In this document: piece after piece, positions 37,917 to 43,790 of the stretch
Numbering within the stretch: the first letter of the stretch is position 1
Layout: the number at the start of each line of letters is the position of its first letter
DNA from: an uncultured virus (IMG/VR IMGVR_UViG_3300037067_013349)
Taxonomy: Duplodnaviria; Heunggongvirae; Uroviricota; Caudoviricetes
DNA: 43,790 nt
Direction: 5' to 3' (one strand)
IMG/VR virus record: IMGVR_UViG_3300037067_013349
Made by a program: the position numbers and the translations under genes
The notes under the pieces: model-generated
The model's input: the letters and a program-made list of their open reading frames with translations, nothing else
What the model was told of the DNA's origin: nothing
Database searches by the model: none

Positions 37917-40702
37917 GTGATAATGAATGTTGAGCTTGCGTGGGCATATGTCGGGCTGCTACCATTCCAAATATAGCCAGCTATGTAATAAGTTCCTGGC
38001 GGTACTCCGGTAGTGTCCCAAACCCATGACGACTGACCGTTTATAGCTGGAATTTCACCGATAGATATCCAGTGAGGCGTACCGCCCCAGCCTGAATCGG
38101 TAGTGTAACATAGATTAACTATATATCCTGATTGACAGCCAGTAGCAGTCCACCCGACTGTAATTGGTGTACCAGCAGAAAAACTGCCAGATAATGGAGC
38201 AGTAAGATTCCATGAAATCGGTGGTAAGGGACTACCAGCGACTTGTGAATGCCATATGCCAAGAATACCTCCAGACGGCGCGATTCCTTGGTATCCGTAC
38301 CATGCACACGTCCATTTACCGCTGCCTGCTCTGCGCGTAACGGCTGGGCTAAGTTGATTACCAATACCTCTATGTTCTAAGTTTGGATTATTAACTACAT
38401 ATTCGTTTGTAGTCGCCGCACCAGCGGCATTAAATTGCCTTGCAATTATTCCATAATCTGAAGTTATCGGATCATCAGGATTATTATAACTCTGCCATGC
38501 AATTGTGAAGTTACCATTTGTATCACATGCAACATCTGGCAGATACTGCCAATTAGCCTCGTGTTGATTTGCTAAGAAATCGTTCCCTTGTGCGTTGCCA
38601 TTGGCATCATAACGTCGAGCTCGAACGCCCCAGCCACTAGCATCAGGATAGCATCCCCATGCTACTGCACATAAGCCATTGCTTGCTACTGACACTCTTG
38701 GATACATGTAATCCTGCATAGAATTAGTAGTGGTATTGATCTTGAACTCACCACCAATTGCAGAACCAGAAGAATTAAATCGTATACCATATACTTCGTA
38801 TGGCGATCGCACATCATCCCAGACTACAAACATATTACCGTTATCAGCAATATCTATATCTGGATGGCGTTTCTGCAGCCCAACTGTGGTTGGCGATACC
38901 AAAAACTGACCGCCTAATTTAGTTCCAGCAGCATTAAATCGTTGTCCGAATATAAAGCGCCCATTCCCATATCGAAGGTCGTAATAGTATTGCTCCCACA
39001 CAATCGTAAAGCTCTTATCCGTAGCACGCATTCCTATAGATGGATAACTATAAAGTGAATTCGATAATGCATTGACCTCGAATTGATCTCCAAGTGGTAC
39101 GCCACTGGCGTTAAACATACGTGCATGAATGCCACTATCATCATTAATATCAGGGCCATGCCATGTAATCACAAAAGAACCATCCGGAGCCATTGCTATT
39201 GCCGGATAAGATGAGTTTACACCACTGCCATAAGTTGGAACTACAAATTGTGCGGTAGTCGGGCTGCCATCTGATGTAAAACATTGCGCCATGACCACCG
39301 GATTATTCGGAAGCCCAGTCGGACCAGTTGTACCGTCGCCACGCATCCATGTAATTGCAAAACGACCGTCTGCTGCATCAGCAACACGTGGATAATAGTC
39401 ATATTGCGAAGTCGGTTCCGGAGAAGCTGATGGTGATGGCGATATTGATGGCGACATACTTAATGACGGCGACATCGAGGGCTGTACACTTAATGAAGGC
39501 GACAAGCTAGATGAAGGTGACAGGCTTGTTGACGGTGACAAGCTTGGTGAAGGCGACAATGATATACTTGACGACGGCGACAAGCTTAGCGACGGCGACG
39601 GGCTTAATGATGTCGATGGAGATAGGCTTAGCGACGTCGACGGTGACAAGCTTAACGACGGTGACGGGTTTAATGATGTCGAAGGCGATTGACTAATAGA
39701 TGGCGATACTGAAGGCGATAATAATGATGGCGAAGGTGAAATTGACAACCAAGAAGACACTGACGGTGACGGTGATTGCGATATCGACGGCGAAGGCGAT
39801 ATGCTAGGCGAATGTGACAACGACGCTGAAGGCGACAATGATAAACTGGCCGATGGCGACAAACTCACAGATGGTGATTGGCTGGTTGAAGGCGATTGGC
39901 TGGTTGAAGGTGATAACGATGGCGATAACGAAGGCGATAAACTGGCCGATGGCGACAAACTCGCAGATGGTGATAAGCTTGCTGAAGGTGATAGTGATGG
40001 AGAAGGCGATAAGCATGGCGGCGGCGATAGCAGCACTAGCGTGTCTGGTCCCCAAACATCAACAAACCAAAAAGATTCTTTGCCACAAACAGGGGCTATA
40101 GTTCCATCTTCCAATACCCACTGAAAAGCCAACGTATCGTCATCAGGAGTTGTAAAACGCGGGCCGTATACGACAGGTGACTGTGTTATGCCAGACACAG
40201 CATTGTCCATATGGTACTTGAAAGGATCGGTAGGGCCTATTCCACAATTAAAACTTGTCTGAAAATAACAGATTGATTGGGAACTATTTTCTGCAACTAT
40301 ATATCCTATATATCCTAACTCACTTGGTTCAATAATTTGTCGTTCTATTGTACATATGCCTCTTCTGAAGACATTCTTAGTATTATTGTCGATATGCCCA
40401 TAATCAATATTTTGATCGACTTCTGTGATGGAAATAATTGTAACTGATAGCCTACTAAATCGAAGTAAAATTATTTGTTCAGCTTCAGTAGAATTTTGAG
40501 CTTGGACTCGGACAGTACCACAGGTATCATTAACACAATATCTGACATCATAGGTGCGTTTTTCACCCCATACATTGGGTGCTTTTGTGATGGTTGTGTA
40601 GTCTATTACACTTATACCATCGACATCAATAGTTTCCCATTGAGTCCAATATAGCATACCATAATCGTCCCTGAAAAATATCGATCCTTTATCTGGCGTC
40701 AT
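37913..40702 (-). CDS. Surface/virion protein with a Ser/Pro-rich linker, beta-propeller-like repeats (P.VA...G.F...W ...F.VN) and a C-terminal Ig-like domain
   Basis: About 200 aa of SPSLSPSA repeats; about six repeats of YP.IA....G.F.I.W; WDTTGVPPGTYYI. Confidence 0.75.
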   Translation of the reverse strand: MTPDKGSIFFRDDYGMLYWTQWETIDVDGISVIDYTTITKAPNVWGEKRTYDVRYCVNDTCGTVRVQAQNSTEAEQIILLRFSRLSVTIISITEVDQNIDYGHIDNNTKNVFRRGICTIERQIIEPSELGYIGYIVAENSSQSICYFQTSFNCGIGPTDPFKYHMDNAVSGITQSPVVYGPRFTTPDDDTLAFQWVLEDGTIAPVCGKESFWFVDVWGPDTLVLLSPPPCLSPSPSLSPSASLSPSASLSPSASLSPSLSPSLSPSTSQSPSTSQSPSVSLSPSASLSLSPSASLSHSPSISPSPSISQSPSPSVSSWLSISPSPSLLSPSVSPSISQSPSTSLNPSPSLSLSPSTSLSLSPSTSLSPSPSLSLSPSSSISLSPSPSLSPSTSLSPSSSLSPSLSVQPSMSPSLSMSPSISPSPSASPEPTSQYDYYPRVADAADGRFAITWMRGDGTTGPTGLPNNPVVMAQCFTSDGSPTTAQFVVPTYGSGVNSSYPAIAMAPDGSFVITWHGPDINDDSGIHARMFNASGVPLGDQFEVNALSNSLYSYPSIGMRATDKSFTIVWEQYYYDLRYGNGRFIFGQRFNAAGTKLGGQFLVSPTTVGLQKRHPDIDIADNGNMFVVWDDVRSPYEVYGIRFNSSGSAIGGEFKINTTTNSMQDYMYPRVSVASNGLCAVAWGCYPDASGWGVRARRYDANGNAQGNDFLANQHEANWQYLPDVACDTNGNFTIAWQSYNNPDDPITSDYGIIARQFNAAGAATTNEYVVNNPNLEHRGIGNQLSPAVTRRAGSGKWTCAWYGYQGIAPSGGILGIWHSQVAGSPLPPISWNLTAPLSGSFSAGTPITVGWTATGCQSGYIVNLCYTTDSGWGGTPHWISIGEIPAINGQSSWVWDTTGVPPGTYYIAGYIWNGSSPTYAHASSTFIIT
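39420..40010 (-). repeat. Ser/Pro-rich coding repeat (SPSxS)
   Basis: Recurring gatggcga/gaaggcga units on the + strand. Confidence 0.85.
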
Positions 40703-40768
40703 AGTCTCACTCGTTCGATTTCATTTAAAGGACCTCATCGGATGATATGACTATAAAGTATTTTTGGA

Positions 40769-41077
40769 TTATGGGTCGACAACCTTCACTCTTGGGTCAA
40801 AATCCTTTAATTGAAGAATTCCGCTTAATCGCTTTCCCTCTGTTACAGCATCTATAAATTGATCAAACGCTGATCCAATAACGTTAGAAAAAGGAAGATC
40901 TGGTGATACATCAGTAGAAATGGTTGCACCACTAGCAACTCCTTTTTCTATTGATTTCGACCCTCCACCAGTTACATTGTCATGGTAATCAGCCATCAAT
41001 CTCAATGCGTCAGATATGCCTCCGTCGAAATTGTCTGGCAATCTGAAAAATGTCATATACAATACTAGAGTTTTCAT
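40769..41077 (-). CDS. Hypothetical protein (start MKTLVLY)
   Basis: Follows the stop of 41085..42176. Confidence 0.6.
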   Translation of the reverse strand: MKTLVLYMTFFRLPDNFDGGISDALRLMADYHDNVTGGGSKSIEKGVASGATISTDVSPDLPFSNVIGSAFDQFIDAVTEGKRLSGILQLKDFDPRVKVVDP

Positions 41078-41084
41078 AAAATAA

Positions 41085-42176
41085 CTACCACAAGAAGAGG
41101 TAATTAGAATCTCGAAGCATAAGAGCCTCTTTGTAGTTATCATATAATTTTAAAACATTTGTTGGATGATACTTATCCACCAATTCTTGCCTCTTCCCTC
41201 TTGGAGCATAACATAGCATGCGGCGTGCTCGATTTAAGACATCTCCTTCTGGCATTACAAATTCAGTAAAATTGTTGTCAGAAATAAGCAATTCGAGATT
41301 TTGATCTTCCAGCCAACCGAATTCTGCCCTAGTAAAGCTACCAAAGCCTAAATCAAGTGCATGTTGAAATCTATCATCTTTGACGGTATAATATGGTAAA
41401 TCCATCATCGCGCAAGCTAATGCCTTTGAACCGTAGCCGGGGTCCAAATCACCAACAGGGCCAGATATACCAAGGGCCTTAAAAATAGCACAATATGTCA
41501 GGGGGCTTACAATTCTGCGGCGGCTAAACCACCTAGCAACTTTGCGAACATTGGATGAATTGATGCGAACAGTCTTTTTATAACAGATGTGTTGTAATGC
41601 TCTCCATAGATACTTGCCTCTTTCATTGGCACCTGGGTTGAAAAAATGCTCCAATATTCTGAAGTGTGATGATCTCCGCCGCATAGGGAAACATGTTATC
41701 GCACCATTAACTGAATATAGATCTCTATCGTCAGATTGTAGCCGCTCCCAATCTTCATCCAAAATACGATCAGGGTAGCAATCTGGGAGAGGCTTCGTGT
41801 TCAGTATTTCACGAAGCAATCGGTGCATCGCTATGCGGCGTTCTACCAACGTAGAACTATTGAACTGAGTGCGATTGATGCACCAATGATAAGTAGGTGA
41901 CGTATCAAGCGGGTCATCATGAAATTCTCGGAAGATTGGGACTTCATGTCTTACAGCAGCAGACGCAGGATGAACAACAAAACAATTATCGCCACGCTGC
42001 TTGTCGCGTCTTGTTAATCTAAAATAATAACGATCTCTTATACCAGTTTTATAAACCGCATGAACCGATAGTCGCTCAATAAATGCACGCTCAATTATAT
42101 CAGTCTGCTCCAACTGTGACGCAAGTAACTTCACCCACAGCGGAACTATTCTCGGTCTGGCGAATTTTCGGTGCAT
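41085..42176 (-). CDS. Hypothetical protein with possible degenerate methyltransferase fold
   Basis: VGDLDPGYGSKALAC resembles a DxxxGxG SAM-binding motif. Confidence 0.55.
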   Translation of the reverse strand: MHRKFARPRIVPLWVKLLASQLEQTDIIERAFIERLSVHAVYKTGIRDRYYFRLTRRDKQRGDNCFVVHPASAAVRHEVPIFREFHDDPLDTSPTYHWCINRTQFNSSTLVERRIAMHRLLREILNTKPLPDCYPDRILDEDWERLQSDDRDLYSVNGAITCFPMRRRSSHFRILEHFFNPGANERGKYLWRALQHICYKKTVRINSSNVRKVARWFSRRRIVSPLTYCAIFKALGISGPVGDLDPGYGSKALACAMMDLPYYTVKDDRFQHALDLGFGSFTRAEFGWLEDQNLELLISDNNFTEFVMPEGDVLNRARRMLCYAPRGKRQELVDKYHPTNVLKLYDNYKEALMLRDSNYLFLW

Positions 42177-42720
42177 TCCTGGTTTTAACCTGAATCTTAA
42201 AGGTATTCAACCAGCTTGATATTGTATCTGGTGAAACTCCAGCAGCCTTTGCACACCCAAGCAAGTGCAAATCCATCTCTACGTAGTGCTTGTAGAGCCA
42301 CTCATAGTTACAACATGGATGAGTCAGCGGTGGTGCTTGCCTTGTTCTCGGAATATTATATTTACGAATACGTTTCTTAACGGTCTTAATGCTTAAATGA
42401 GTTATCTTAGCCAATATTCTTGCACCATATAGCTTATAATAATGTCTCCACCATTCAGCACAATCCCAGCCCGGCTCTAGCTCTACGATGGGTAAAAAAC
42501 GAACGCCAGCTCTGGGTCGATTGTTCTGACGTGTGCGAACAATATCGTCACCTGTTCGCGTTTTCAGCATTCTGATATATCTAGAGCTTAAAGACAAAAC
42601 TTGCGCTAGATCATTTGTGCTGAAGAATTTATAGCGCAGGAAGAAGTTGCTTAATTGTTTCGGATCTCGTTTGTCAAGCAACTTGAATTCGTCACGGATT
42701 ACCTGGCAATGATCCTGCAT
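42100..42720 (-). CDS. Multi-HTH DNA-binding protein
   Basis: STNDLAQVLSLS; EWLYKHYVE...CAKAAGVSPDTISSWL..FKI. Confidence 0.6.
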   Translation of the reverse strand: MQDHCQVIRDEFKLLDKRDPKQLSNFFLRYKFFSTNDLAQVLSLSSRYIRMLKTRTGDDIVRTRQNNRPRAGVRFLPIVELEPGWDCAEWWRHYYKLYGARILAKITHLSIKTVKKRIRKYNIPRTRQAPPLTHPCCNYEWLYKHYVEMDLHLLGCAKAAGVSPDTISSWLNTFKIQVKTRNAPKIRQTENSSAVGEVTCVTVGAD

Positions 42721-42722
42721 AG

Positions 42723-42938
42723 CTAACTGAAAAGGGCTGTATCAAGCTTCTGCTCGAAAGATTCCTTCACATGTTTCGGCAGACCCTTAGTCTTAGTCTT
42801 GGCAAATTTGTCGAGGTCCTTCCCGCTCATTTTAGCCATTTCTGCACTCGGAGTACCCGGCTTCGCCTTTCTTTCGCCTTTTTGAATGGCTTTAGCGATA
42901 CCTGCGGCTTGCTGTTGGGCTTTGCTGACTGATGGCAT
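42723..42938 (-). CDS. DUF3008-like small basic protein
   Basis: MPSVSKAQQQAAG...MSGKDLDKFA.TK.KGLP. Confidence 0.75.
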   Translation of the reverse strand: MPSVSKAQQQAAGIAKAIQKGERKAKPGTPSAEMAKMSGKDLDKFAKTKTKGLPKHVKESFEQKLDTALFS

Positions 42939-42981
42939 TGTCGAGCTCCTATGTTATTCTATATTTGTCAGAATATGGTAT

Positions 42982-43491
42982 TTACGTAGGACTGAATACC
43001 ATATAATAAGAATCATGCCCGTCGCAATAATGATTGCGAGCTATGCTCGCAATAAATCCGTTGTCTTTATGGCTTAAGAACAACTGGGCAGCCAAATTGT
43101 ACTCACTGACATAACACTCAATATATTCCATCCCTTCTAAATGAAGCTTAATTTTTAGCATATTGATAATTAGAGTCGCTATTTTTCGGCGGCGATAATC
43201 TTTATCGACTGCTATATTGCATAATTCTATATGATCGTCATGATATTTAATAACTGCATAAGCTGCCACAAAACCGTTATGCTCTACAACATAGCATACT
43301 GAATTGTCCTCAGATAGCTCAGTATAAAAATCATCCTCTAACCATGGATATTCGAAACTGTTATGTTCTATTGTAGCTATTTGTTTAAAGTCGCGAGGAG
43401 TTATAAAACGAATGTTGGCGGGAATTGAATGAGTAAGATTTTGATATAATAGACAATCCCTTTTAGGACTCCGTTTTATCTCTTTCCCCAT
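42982..43491 (-). CDS. RimI-like GNAT N-acetyltransferase
   Basis: IEHNSFEYPW, NIAVDKDYRRRKIA, VSEYNLAAQLF, RNHY; start site uncertain (ORF extends to 43623). Confidence 0.8.
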   Translation of the reverse strand: MGKEIKRSPKRDCLLYQNLTHSIPANIRFITPRDFKQIATIEHNSFEYPWLEDDFYTELSEDNSVCYVVEHNGFVAAYAVIKYHDDHIELCNIAVDKDYRRRKIATLIINMLKIKLHLEGMEYIECYVSEYNLAAQLFLSHKDNGFIASIARNHYCDGHDSYYMVFSPT

Positions 43492-43642
43492 AAAATTCCT
43501 CCATGATTGAAAGAGCCACCGCAAGATTCGCGGCTGATATAAACGTATCTGACAGCGCATATTAGAACACAGCTTATCCTCTTTTGTCAAGATCGAGTTA
43601 GATAGACGCAGACAATTTGACATTTTTGTCTGCTTTTAGATA

Positions 43643-43789
43643 TTAGTTAAGTATTATTGACCATCGCACCACTATTGTGAAATCAGCAGATTTCTTGAAT
43701 GGCGTCTTCAAAATGCGATGGGAGAACAACCGCAGTGAGTCCTTAAATATCCCAATCGGGCCGACGATGCTATCGCCGTTTGCATCAAC
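43643..43789 (-). CDS. C-terminus of a probable tail/baseplate protein (partial)
   Basis: Hand-translated ...LRLFSHRILKTPFKKSADFTIVVRWSIILN*. Confidence 0.5.
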   Translation of the reverse strand, partial: VDANGDSIVGPIGIFKDSLRLFSHRILKTPFKKSADFTIVVRWSIILN

Positions 43790-43790
43790 T

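Noticed and set aside
39511..40124. Plus-strand DGD/EGD-rich ORFs
   Set aside because: Antisense shadows of the Ser/Pro repeat
1..43790. Stop-codon reassignment, tRNA/rRNA genes, cas1/cas2, reverse transcriptase
   Set aside because: Long ORFs are intact in the standard code with all three stops used; I saw no recognisable motifs for these features by eye

Overview
Gene-dense segment that looks like a large (jumbo-type) tailed phage genome, possibly infecting Planctomycetota (inference). It carries virion genes (2418-aa collagen-like fibre, 1416-aa baseplate-like protein, Ser/Pro-rich surface protein), methyltransferases, kdsB and many orphans. The standout is a minus-strand locus at about 16.5-24.4 kb. 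It has two paralogous Cas12f/TnpB-like proteins whose RuvC catalytic residues and C-terminal zinc finger are missing, and three 76-nt tracrRNA-like RNAs whose hairpin loop and 3' tail are complementary to the CRISPR repeat end. The tracrRNA tails come in two versions matching two repeat versions. A perfect sigma70 promoter fires into about 40 degenerate repeats in two arrays, and several small ORFs sit between repeat units like giant spacers. No cas1/cas2 is present in the window. This looks like a phage-encoded, nuclease-dead, multiplexed RNA-guided DNA-binding system. All protein family calls are by eye, without database searches.
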